Origin: Flectonema sp. DT1601
Taxonomy: Eukaryota
DNA length: 64,000 bases
Reading direction: 5' to 3'
Assembly (NCBI GenBank): GCA_964019425.1
Contig: OZ025783.1
Span: 1,116,001-1,180,000 of the forward strand
The notes beneath the pieces were generated by a model. That model was not told the origin of the DNA. It ran no database searches and worked only from the letters and a program-made list of their open reading frames with translations. Both the position numbers and the translations under genes were made by a program. Of the stretch, positions 47,802 to 58,516 are shown piece after piece; the first letter of the stretch is position 1; every line of letters starts with the position of its first letter.

Positions 47802-49193
47802 TCAAAACATTGATTGAATACCATCATCCTGTTCCTCACTTGTGTCATCGTTATCTTCATTAGTTGTTGTTGGAGATATCGCAGTGTTACCTGTTGATGG
47901 TTTCCAATCCTCAAGATCTGGATCAGGTACCTTAGTCTGTCCGGGTACCTTTCTTTTCTTAACTGCGTCTGGTGATGGTGATGACTGACTGAGAGGAGAT
48001 GATAACTGTTCCAAAGAAGGCAATCTATTATTATTATTATCGATCTTTGATGATCCCAATGGTGATGTTGGAAATTCCTCAATCTCTTTAAACTCTGTAC
48101 AGGGAGAAGACAACACATTCGAAGAGATATCATTTCCCTGAACAGTTGGTGATCGTAATTTATCTGCGGTGTTATTCTTGAGGTCACCTGAAACTTCCTT
48201 TAATGGAGAACTCCCCCTGGTAGGGTCCCACTCAGCCGCAGCTGTTGACAAAGGAGCTGCTTGACTGCTCACTAGAGGCGAGTCGATACCTGTCGGGTCC
48301 CATTCGACTTGCTGTGAGACAACAGGTTCAGGATTAGTAATTGATGTTGGAGCTGTCGGGTCCCATTCAGGTTCTGAAGGCTTCTCTTTTGTCGGCGATG
48401 CGCCCGTGGGATCCCACTCGGCTTGCTCTTCAGCACTTTGTGAAGGAACTTCAGTGGGCGAGCCCATATCACTCGTTGGGTCCCAATTTGTTTGTAGCGC
48501 TACTCCCATTGAAGGAACAGGTTGATTAGTTGAACCATTACTTTCAAGTGTGTCATTACCTGTTGGATCCCACTCAGAGTCAAGTGACAGTTTAGTTAGA
48601 TTCTGTTCCTCAACTTTTTGATTTATATTATTAGATTCTAATGACATCCACTCGACTGGTTTCATAAATGGAGATGTCGGCATGTAGTCAGCAACACGTA
48701 ATTCAGAGTTCCACTCACCTGCTAATAACATCTCTGAGAGAACTGTTACTGCATTTGGTTTAATTGTTGGAGAAGTCGGAACAAATACCTGCGCAACGAT
48801 TTCTTTCGCAACTGCTGCCTGTGCCAACAGCTCAGAAATGCTGCTTTCTTGTTTTGGTTGCTTGCGTGGAGGCGCAGCTGATGCTTTTCGTTTTGGTTGG
48901 GGAGCAGGGCTCTTGATACTACTCTGTGTCTGTTTGACGGGACTCTTATTTACAGGAGAATTAATAACTTCAACAACATGAGTACTATTCGAAGATGGTA
49001 TTTCCTCTTCCAAATCAAACACATCACTAGTGACAGTTGGCTGCTCTATTGAAACCTCTGAAATTGATTTTAGAAACGCATGTCGGAACCGCTGCAGTTT
49101 GTCAGACTTCACACTAACCGAAGTGGTGAATCGTAACTTTGATATTTCATCTAAGTTTTGCAGAGTAATAACAGCTGCTCTGATGTCTGGCAT
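47802..49193 (-). CDS. Hypothetical low-complexity protein with six WDPT repeats
   Basis: 463-aa Ser/Pro/Glu-rich ORF containing SEWDPTG, TNWDPTS, AEWDPTG, PEWDPTA, VEWDPTG, AEWDPTR. Confidence 0.75.
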   Translation of the reverse strand: MPDIRAAVITLQNLDEISKLRFTTSVSVKSDKLQRFRHAFLKSISEVSIEQPTVTSDVFDLEEEIPSSNSTHVVEVINSPVNKSPVKQTQSSIKSPAPQPKRKASAAPPRKQPKQESSISELLAQAAVAKEIVAQVFVPTSPTIKPNAVTVLSEMLLAGEWNSELRVADYMPTSPFMKPVEWMSLESNNINQKVEEQNLTKLSLDSEWDPTGNDTLESNGSTNQPVPSMGVALQTNWDPTSDMGSPTEVPSQSAEEQAEWDPTGASPTKEKPSEPEWDPTAPTSITNPEPVVSQQVEWDPTGIDSPLVSSQAAPLSTAAAEWDPTRGSSPLKEVSGDLKNNTADKLRSPTVQGNDISSNVLSSPCTEFKEIEEFPTSPLGSSKIDNNNNRLPSLEQLSSPLSQSSPSPDAVKKRKVPGQTKVPDPDLEDWKPSTGNTAISPTTTNEDNDDTSEEQDDGIQSMF

Positions 49194-51265
49194 GTTGGTT
49201 CATTCAGACCAAGTACCTATTGAGAAGGAAACTTTTTAATGAATTAAGTTAGTTAGGATTAATAACAATAAAGATACCATTCAACGTGTCACAACCTCCC
49301 CTGAGATGTAGTCGATAAGTCTGCGGTGCTTCTTCTACTAATACATAACATCTCCTAGCTGAGTGTTAATAAAAAGAATAAAATTGAGATTTCCCTTTCG
49401 CTGTTCTACTAACGGTGAAACTTGCAGGTCTTAACCACAATGCGGAGGGTGAAGGAAAAGGGAATAAAGAAAAAAACAGAAAGAAGAAACTAGGCGAGAA
49501 GGGTGAAAAGGGGGGAGAGGAGGAATAAAAGAAACTGTAAGCCAGCAAGGGAGATGAATATTGCGCACACAGAAGAGGGTCACGCACTCACAGTACGACA
49601 GACTGAGCTATTTCTGTATGTGAACTGCTTTAAATGTACAACGAAACATAATTCTCAAAAAAGTCAATTTTTTGTTTTTTTATTCCTTTTTCTCCCCCCG
49701 CCTGATTCTTCCCTTTTTTTTTTTTTTTTTTTTGTTTTTTTTTTTTTTTTCCCCCTTCAGTAGGAAATTACTCAGTGAACAAAACAAAAAAATAATAATA
49801 ATAATAATAAGCCCAACAATATGCAGTCTTTAGCAGCAAGAACAGCAGGACTTGATCCATCTCCCTATCTGGCAAATCAAACTAGACGATGGTACTAAGA
49901 AAACAGGTTTTAGCCAACCTGCGCACACTTTATTACTAACAGGTCGTAGAGCAAAGGTAATAAAGAACTAAAAAAAAACCAAAAAAAAATAATAATAATA
50001 ATAAATAAATAAATAAATAAATAAAGACGGCAGATTCACCACCCCATTCCCCGCATCAGCAGACCGAAGATTATATATTTTGCAACTGTGAATTTAGCCA
50101 AAAAAATAATAATAAAATTATAAGGCATTTATCTCACAGTGGAAATACAATGAGAAGTGGTCAAGCTTGAGACCGGTTTCTCATAAGAATAGTAACCACA
50201 CAGCACTTGTGAAGTAAATAAAATAGGTCATCAATAAGTGGATGGAGGTCACCGTTAGTGGAACCACAGATTGCCGACGGCAACTACGGCATACATCTGG
50301 TGCGCGTGCTATCAACTAATGACAAATCCATTTCATTAATTTTCACAAGAAGGTTACAAGTAACGCCGCTGCACGCTGTCTCAGGAGTGAACTAGAAATG
50401 GTGCAGCAATTTCAGTCAGGTGTTCAAAAAGAACTGAACATCACTTGACTGAATTCGACATTATATTTGAGAAGAAGAGAAATGATAATGAATAACCTGT
50501 TGTCCGTGTGCAGCTGGGGTACCGCAATGTCTTTATTAATAGTTTTATTTCATCATTTTTTTTTTTTTTTTTTCCAAAACTTTTTTTTTTCTTGTTTTTT
50601 CGGGGTAGGGATGGAAGGATGGAGAGAGAAAAGGCAAAAAGTACACCCCTCCCAAGTAGTTCTTCGATCATCATGCGTAAAAAAACGTGTTTGCGTTTTT
50701 TTGGAATCATTTTTTTTTTCAAAGGGAGCAAAAAAAATACAGACACGATCAAGGAAGGATATCAAACGGTGCAATAAAAATATTTAAAAAAAAAAGAAAG
50801 TAAAACAACATCCAATGATAAAACGATACTAGGAAATGGTCCACTCCGAAATACATCACGCATCAAACTCAAGAGAATTAGGTACCACTGTGTCGATACT
50901 GCTGCAATGCATGTGGTGATCTGATGACACATTCCCCAATACAGTCAGTTACAGGAATTATTGTCTTCTTTTTTTTTTTTTCCTCAAACAAAAAAATAAA
51001 AACCAAAAAAATAAAAATAAAAAAACGCTAGTACACGAAAGGCCATTCTAACTAAGCAACAGTTAACGAAGGAGGGAATGACATCACATAATAACATGAC
51101 CGTCGGTATCACATCCTTAAGACCAATCGTCGGGCTAAATGCGAAACAACAACAAACCACATCAAGGTAAAGGGCACTACCAATCGGAACTCTTGTGAAA
51201 ATAAAACCAAGAATAAAAATAAAAAAGAAGAAGCAAAAAAACCTAACCCTCCTGTTGGCAATAAG

Positions 51266-51296
<31 letters not shown>

Positions 51297-52163
51297 CCCT
51301 CATCACCGAAACACTTACGCAGTATTCATCACTAACAGATCCCCGGGAGCGATACTCTCCGGGAACCAAACTTGATGCTATGTGAAACGGCAGGATTATG
51401 CGGGAAGACAACAAAAAAAAGAAAACAGCCAACTTACCAAAGGTATTTATCTCTTAAATAAGCACAGCTAATCCCAAATGGAGTTTGAATTGTCAGCCCA
51501 AAAGGAAAAAAAAAAATTAAAAATGAAATAATGACAATATAACGAAACCGCAGAATGCTTGCAAAAAAACTTCCCCCCGGAGTAGCGATGTTCGAGCCCT
51601 GTGGGGGGATTTACCTTGCAGACGCGTGCAGTTCAAAAAGAAAACGGCAAAATGCTTGCAGGAATAACAAATCACTTCAACAATCTGGTTGTTAAGGAAA
51701 TGTACGAAACGTACATTATTAGTAGGGGGGGAAATGTTTCAAAGAAGATAAACGAGAGAGAGGTAAATTGATAAAAGGGTAATAAAGACTGAGGATTTTT
51801 CCTTTTTTTATTCTTTTTAAAAAAAACGATAAATAACTCGCCAAAAAGAAAAATAAAGAGTTTTTTTAAAAAAAAGGCACCCACAAAATGTCCATCCTCT
51901 GCTTTTTCATTTTTTTTTAAATTTTTTTTTTTTTTATTCCTTTGTGTGTTTTTCACAATAACTAATCAAGCTCGGGTATGGAAACGTTGGTCAAAAAAAA
52001 TATCAGCAGAAAGTTTAGCTGTAATTTAAGGCTTGATTCGGCATCTATCAAAGAACTATTCATATCAAGTAAGAATTCACCACATGACGATGATTCATAA
52101 TTGCTTAACCAACATGGTTCCTCGGATTTTTCTCAAGGTGAAAAACATCTTTTATATTCAACT

Positions 52164-52985
52164 TTAGAACTTGACGCCGTATCCGAGTTCAGCCCCTCCA
52201 GACTGAACGTGATCTACTCCGGTTGTAAAGGTCATGTCAGCAGCTATTGCGAGGCAGAGTCTTCCAGTTTCTTCAATTGTTCCCTTTCTAGCCATGTGCT
52301 GTACCTTGTCACCAGCCTTAGCAGCTTCTTCAGGGTTTTCTTCTTTATCAGTAAATGATTTCCACAAAGGGGTCCAGATGTTACCTGGTGAAACAATGTT
52401 AACTCTAACGTTCTTCTGAGCTTCATCGATAGCAAGAGCCTTTGAGAACGAGGTGATGGCTCCCTTTGTCGCGGCGTAAGTAGGAGCTCTATCTTGACCG
52501 ATAATACCAACGAGTGAGGACATGTTAATAATATTTCCTTCAACCTTACGAAGGTGCGGAAGAGAGTGCTTACAAGCGATAAAGTACGACAAGAAGTTAA
52601 GCTGAAAGAGGGAGCTCATTTCCTCAGCAGTGAAGTCATCTAAAGTCTTGTGAGGCGGATGCCAACCAGCGTTGTTAATGAGACAGTCGAGTCTTCCGAA
52701 AGTTTTGACCGTTTGATCGATCATCGAAGTTATCTCATCAGCTTTTGATACATCACATTTAATAAAGAATGCTTTGTTAGGGTATCCATTGCTGTTTAAG
52801 TCTTCTTCGAATTTCTTTCCTTCTTCGACAGCTCTAGAGCAGAAGGCAACGTGAGCACCTGCCTCAAAGAAAACTCTTACGCATCCTTCACCAATTCCCT
52901 TCGTTCCTCCAGTGACAAGAACTACTTTATCGACATAGCGACCTTTAAGACCAGTTGGTACTTGAACAACGTTGTTAGAAGACAT
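52164..52985 (-). CDS. HSD17B14: Short-chain dehydrogenase/reductase, HSD17B14-like
   Basis: TGGTKGIG, NNAGWHPP, YAATKG, VSPGNIWTPLW and C-terminal SGGAELGYG, all typical of the HSD17B14 group. Confidence 0.85.
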   Translation of the reverse strand: MSSNNVVQVPTGLKGRYVDKVVLVTGGTKGIGEGCVRVFFEAGAHVAFCSRAVEEGKKFEEDLNSNGYPNKAFFIKCDVSKADEITSMIDQTVKTFGRLDCLINNAGWHPPHKTLDDFTAEEMSSLFQLNFLSYFIACKHSLPHLRKVEGNIINMSSLVGIIGQDRAPTYAATKGAITSFSKALAIDEAQKNVRVNIVSPGNIWTPLWKSFTDKEENPEEAAKAGDKVQHMARKGTIEETGRLCLAIAADMTFTTGVDHVQSGGAELGYGVKF

Positions 52986-54042
52986 GATGAGGGAGATAAT
53001 AAGTTGTTGTTTACAATGAAATGCTGTTGAAGAAAAAAAAAAGTAAATAAAAGAAAAAATACTACAACGAAAAGAAGGGAAAAAAAGAACGAAAAAAAAA
53101 ACATTAAAAACGAGTACTAAAGACGTGTCAATCTGATACTTTTTTTTTTTTTTTTAAAAATGCCAGGAAAAAACCACATGCATTATTTTTCCCATTAAAA
53201 TGGCTTTTTCAAAATATTGTAAAAAAATACATAAAAAAAAACTGGGAAATCATTTGAATTTCCTCATCAAAAGAAGTTTAAAAAAACAGAACACAAACTC
53301 AATTAATGAGCTCTTTTTCCATCTCATAGAATCAGAATAAAAATACATTCTTCATGAAGATTGCTGTCATTTTCTTTAACATAAATACAGTTAACAAACT
53401 GCGGGGAAAATTACTTTGGAGTGGGAAGAAAAAAAAAAAAAGAAAAAAAATTGAAATTGAAATACAAAAACAAACAATCAGTCCCTCGAGCCAGCAACCT
53501 TATCAAATATCTGGGAGACAGTAAAGCGATCACCGAAGAGCAAAAACGCAATTAGTGATAAATGGCTATACAAGATAAGAAACAGTATCGAAGTGCTGCT
53601 TCCTTTTTCGGAGATCTTTCAGTTTTTATAAAAACCACGAAACAGAAACAATTTGTGGCCCACATTCGTTGAAGAAAAGAAATGTTTTTGTACTTCAATC
53701 ATTAAACAGAATTAAAAAGTAATCAAAAGCACAAAATGGACGAAACACAAAATGAGATAACAGCGGCAGACGCGTGTCGTCGAGGACACACTGGGAAGCT
53801 TCATCAAATGAACATGAAAGTAGGAAGAGATTTCCACATTGCAATATATTATTTTAGGTTGATTCAATCCATTCCTCCAACTATGAGTGAAGCAAATATA
53901 AAAAGGGGATGATAGGAAAACCCAAACCGAATACTCACAAACTTTTTTTTCGAAAGAAAAACTATCATTCTTGTCTACGCTTGATGAATATTAAATAACC
54001 AAACCTGAATACTACAACTATTTTAATTTATAATATTTACTA

Positions 54043-55716
54043 TCAAACACCAAGAGGTTGTTCCCTGTTATCAGACTGAGGAGGTTGCTGTCCAGGTTTC
54101 TGTTTCTGCTGTTGTTGTAACTGCTGAACAGACATGCGGGTAGGGCTGCTTTCAATGGCTCTCAGAAGTCTGGGATCTTCCCGACCCCATCCGTCAACTC
54201 GTAAGTCGGGAATATTATTTCTTATTAATGAAACTACTAATTTAAGATTATCGACTGCTGGAGCATAAGTACCAGAATTATTATCCATCACAAGAACAGG
54301 AGTAGCCCCATCATAGTGAATATGAAACTCTCCCGCGTACCTCACAGTCTTTGATGCACTTGAATGGAAGGCATGCTTAGACGCAAAGTCTTGTAAAAAC
54401 GATGATCCGGTGTGACAAAAATTCCAAGTCCCGTCATCTCTGATTACGTATGTAAAGAATATAACTTGTCCATTACTAAGTCCTTCGTTTATGATATGAA
54501 AGAAGTCTCTAGCACATCTAATAGGAATCTTTTCAGCAGACACAGCAGCTGAAAACAATACTTTGTGCTGTGTCCGAATAGCTAGTCTGACTGCCTTTCC
54601 CTTTATGCCAGAGTCGAAGATTGTCTTTGCTGCTGAATATTCTTTGTTCCAATGTTGGTGCACTTCACCAAATATTTGGTCTACATCTGCCAGTTTCATT
54701 TGATAAATCATCAAAGCTGTTCTATACTGTCCACCAGATGATAATTGTATTGCTGACCCAGTCATAGAATTCGATACAATTCTACAGACCAAACCTTTCT
54801 TATTTTGACCGGATGCTGGCGCTGTCGTCGGTGCAGCTACCGGTGCTGTCGTCGGTGCGGCTGTTGGATTCCCAGCTGTGGGGTATTTATTTCCAGAAGG
54901 CACTCCTTGCGGTGCAACTGCTGTTGGAATTGCTGCAGCAGGGTATGCGTTCGCCTGATGAGTTGGATTCCCAGCATTCGGATAGTTAGGCTGCGACGGC
55001 TGAGAGACTCCCATCGGATTTCCTGCAGCTGGGTAAGAATTCGCCGGCGGCTGGGCGACACTCGTCGGATTCACTGCTGCTGGGTAAGGATTACCATATT
55101 GTTGAGGTTGTCCAGTGTACGGATTAGATTGAGCTGGAGGAGGATTCCCTGCAGTAATTGGATTAATGACAGGTTGATTTGATCTCTGAAGATAATCATT
55201 ATCGAGTGAAACTACTTGAGATGGTGATGAGTACCCACCTCTAAATGGTTCAGGTGTCATTCCTGTTCCCCATTGTCCTGTTGGAATACCTTGTGGAGGG
55301 TAACCTGGTAGTTGACCATGATGAGGATACGACTGTGGAGGATTCTGATAATGAGTTGCTGGATGCCCAGCTTGAGGATAAGTATTATTTGTTATGTTTG
55401 GATACATTGCAGGAGCAGGAGCACACTGAGTGTGTGAAGGGACACCACTCGGAGGTTGCGTTAGATATGCCGATTGCGGTAAGCCAGTAGCGTGGCCTTG
55501 ATCAGGATATCCACCAGCCATTGCAGACGGTTGCTGATTTGGAACCTCTCCAACTGGTGCCGGCAGGCAGGCAGGCGCTGCCTGCGGTTGCTGACTAACC
55601 TGCTGAGCCTGTTCCAAAGCTTCCATCGTTGGAGCACTTGGTGTCGGCATCACGTTCTCCTGTTGCGGATGTTGCTGATGCTCCCCCTGCTCCGGTTGCA
55701 GTCCTTCGGCACCCAT
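54043..55716 (-). CDS. Pro/Gln-rich protein with a conserved uncharacterised C-terminal domain (FTYVI...SKH..HS...AGEF...DNNSGTYAP)
   Basis: Long ORF; first ATG at 55716; repeated YPxAxNP units followed by a globular C-terminal domain. Confidence 0.8.
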   Translation of the reverse strand: MGAEGLQPEQGEHQQHPQQENVMPTPSAPTMEALEQAQQVSQQPQAAPACLPAPVGEVPNQQPSAMAGGYPDQGHATGLPQSAYLTQPPSGVPSHTQCAPAPAMYPNITNNTYPQAGHPATHYQNPPQSYPHHGQLPGYPPQGIPTGQWGTGMTPEPFRGGYSSPSQVVSLDNDYLQRSNQPVINPITAGNPPPAQSNPYTGQPQQYGNPYPAAVNPTSVAQPPANSYPAAGNPMGVSQPSQPNYPNAGNPTHQANAYPAAAIPTAVAPQGVPSGNKYPTAGNPTAAPTTAPVAAPTTAPASGQNKKGLVCRIVSNSMTGSAIQLSSGGQYRTALMIYQMKLADVDQIFGEVHQHWNKEYSAAKTIFDSGIKGKAVRLAIRTQHKVLFSAAVSAEKIPIRCARDFFHIINEGLSNGQVIFFTYVIRDDGTWNFCHTGSSFLQDFASKHAFHSSASKTVRYAGEFHIHYDGATPVLVMDNNSGTYAPAVDNLKLVVSLIRNNIPDLRVDGWGREDPRLLRAIESSPTRMSVQQLQQQQKQKPGQQPPQSDNREQPLGV

Positions 55717-56452
55717 TTTATTACTCACCCAAGTAGGCACTGATAAGTGTGTTGTAATGTTATCAATTAAAAGTAATATTCAAAACCATCAGAACGACAG
55801 ACTGATCGCTCTTTACAATTAGAAAGCAATCATATCAACAACAACGACAACATGTAGTAAACTGAAAAAGAACTAACATAAGATCATAATCAAAACAAAA
55901 TATTAAATCGCATGTGTGGAAAAGCATTCACTCTGTTGATGCAGTGCGATTTATTCCACTGCTGTATTCACCTCACAGGTATGAGGTGATAAGTGTATCG
56001 AAGAAGATATATTGAAAAGAAACAAGACAACCAGCTAAATAATCCATTGGGGAAAAAGGACAACAATAATATAAAATAAAGAAAGGAACTCTTTCATAAA
56101 AAAAGTTAACACGCCAACTGTTGTTTGTATATTAGGTAAGTGTGTACACCACACCTCTACCCCATCAGATGCAATAGTAGTTGGATGCCTCATTCTACTG
56201 AAATAGTGTTGTGATTATTATTTTTTTTTTTTTTTTTTTTTTAATATATCCCAACAACAATCTATTGGAGGATTCATAAATCAACCTGCGCTCAGCAAAG
56301 AGCAACTACTTGCTGGCCACAAGTAAACACATAAAAAGGGGTGTTGTAAACAAAGAACAAGAAATAACCAACTAAAGCCAAACGCGGCAAGAAATAAAAA
56401 TTAATCTGCGAAGCAAAAGAAAAGGAGAGGGCACACGGTAGTTAATATTTCA

Positions 56453-57136
56453 TCATGGTCGGTAAGCATTCGAAAGTTTAACTACTTCATTCGGAGCAGA
56501 ATATCCTCCTTGTTGAGTTTGTGTATGAGACTGTGCAGGGTGAGCTCCCATTGAACCAATCGAGTCCCCGTAGGAGGGTGCCCAAGAAGGGCTTTGAGAA
56601 TTATTATTTTGAGGATACGCACTCGGAAAATAAGATGACTGTGGATACTGAGCTGTAGGACATCCTTGACTTTGATTCATAACTTGTGGCGAAGGATATG
56701 CGCGTGGAGGTGTCCACTGCTGCTGCTGCTGCTGCTGCTGGGGCGGGTACTGTTGTTGCTGGGGCGGGTACTGTTGCTGTTGTTGCTGAGGCGGGTACTG
56801 TTGTTGTTGTTGTTGGTGAGGCGGGTACTGTTGTTGCTGTTGTTGCTGGGGCGGGTACTGTTGTTGCTGTTGTTGCTGGGGCGGGTACTGCCCCGCTGGA
56901 GGGTATCCATATGCTGGTTGCTGTGGAGCAACTTGAGCTGTTGCAGGAACACTATTCTGAGTATATGGGTTCGCAGTTGCTGTTGCTGTTGCTGTGGCTG
57001 TTGCTGTTGCTGCTGCTGGTGAATAATTACCACCACCGCCACCTACACCACCACCACCACCTACACCAGGAGGTACCACTTGCGACAGCGTTGGTGCTGT
57101 TGGTTGCGGCAGCTGATCTTGTTCACCCCAACCCAT
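56453..57136 (-). CDS. Pro/Gln/Tyr-rich protein resembling the N-terminus of the neighbouring gene
   Basis: 227 aa; YPPQQQ repeats; PTAPT and GGYSAPNEVVKLSNAY parallel PSAPT and GGYSSPSQVVSLDNDY in 54043-55716. Confidence 0.7.
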   Translation of the reverse strand: MGWGEQDQLPQPTAPTLSQVVPPGVGGGGGVGGGGGNYSPAAATATATATATATANPYTQNSVPATAQVAPQQPAYGYPPAGQYPPQQQQQQQYPPQQQQQQQYPPHQQQQQQYPPQQQQQQYPPQQQQYPPQQQQQQQQWTPPRAYPSPQVMNQSQGCPTAQYPQSSYFPSAYPQNNNSQSPSWAPSYGDSIGSMGAHPAQSHTQTQQGGYSAPNEVVKLSNAYRP

Positions 57137-58516
57137 GTTTGTAACTACGAGAAAGTCTTAATCCTGTTGAATATTTAAACATTTATAAAACATCACTAAT
57201 GCACATGAACCCAACAGTAGAAGAACTTCATCACCTCTGAATGTGTCTACAAATCATTTTATTACTTTACCTGTTGTCAGAATAGAATTAAATTAACACG
57301 TCTGTCAGTTGCTATTAATTTGATTGGGTTCAGGTCTTCCTTTTTTTGTTGGTGTTTCCGCATGGCTGTCGTCTTATTTTATTCTGCTTAATCTTCAAAA
57401 ATTAAAAAAAAAAGGGGAGAAAAAAAGAGAAAAAAAAAGACACAAAGAACTCCACAGAAATCCTGACTGGAAAAGAGGGCGAAACAAGAATTGTTACGGC
57501 AAACATCCCTCCAAGCAAGATTTCTTTATACATTCTATGTTATGTAAATTGATGTTGTACATCTTCGCTGTTCCGTTAACACATCCCTTTTGGCGAGCGT
57601 GTTACGACGCATTGATCTGCGCAAAGGCGCTCGAAAAGGAATTTAGGTAAAGGCTTAGTGGTGTATGTTGTACCTTTTTTCTAAAGTAAATAATGACCTC
57701 ACAGTGAGAAAAGGTCATCGTTGGCTGAACAAAACAAACATCATTACAATAAACTACAGCAGTCACTAGAAGAAGAAGAAAAAAAAAGTAAAAAAAATAA
57801 ATAAGTTTACAATTAGTAATCTGGCAAGGCTGTGTTGCCTAACATTCATTTTTTTTTTTTTTTTTTTTTTTTCTTAAAAACCCTCAATCAAAGAGAGTTG
57901 TTCGATAAAAGAAATAAAACACATAAACGGTGACCAAACGTAGAAAGTACTGTTGACGATTATTTTAACACCGTGTTAGATAATACACGAGTATTGGTTG
58001 ATGAATGTAACAAACAATATGTTTTCCAATTTAGTATCCTTTCGTTGGTTTAAAAATAATTTATAAGTTAAAACATTAGTTTATTATAGAAAAAAAAGAA
58101 AAGAAAAAAGTTATAAAAACACATTGTTCTGCTGTTCCATAAAACACTGGAATACGTAGTTTCAGGCCTTAATCTTATACTACTTGTCCCTCTTTAGGAC
58201 TTCATCAGTAAGTTCTGAGGGACGTCATTCCAGTAAATTAATAAATCAGATTTATCAAAATGTCTATTTCAAAAGAAGAATTTTTATAAGTTAAAATATA
58301 CTCAAAAAAAAAAAAAAAAAGGTTCGAGAAGAGAAAAAAAAAAGGGGGGAAAACACGTGCAAACCAGTACTTAATACAGCATTGAGGTGGATAACAACGA
58401 CTGAAGAAGGGGAAAATAGGGAACTCACTCAACAACCGACTGAAGGAAGCCGAGTATTATTATTATTTTATTGGAAATCCTCACGTCATTTTAAACAGCC
58501 ATATATAGCAAACCTC

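Noticed and set aside
54805..57144. Plus-strand Cys/Arg-, Leu- or Ala/Val-rich ORFs
   Set aside because: Antisense shadows of the Pro/Gln-rich minus-strand genes.
58162..58208. Minus-strand UGAUGA...CUGA pair as a C/D snoRNA
   Set aside because: Only ~46 nt, with no second box pair and no recognisable rRNA complement.
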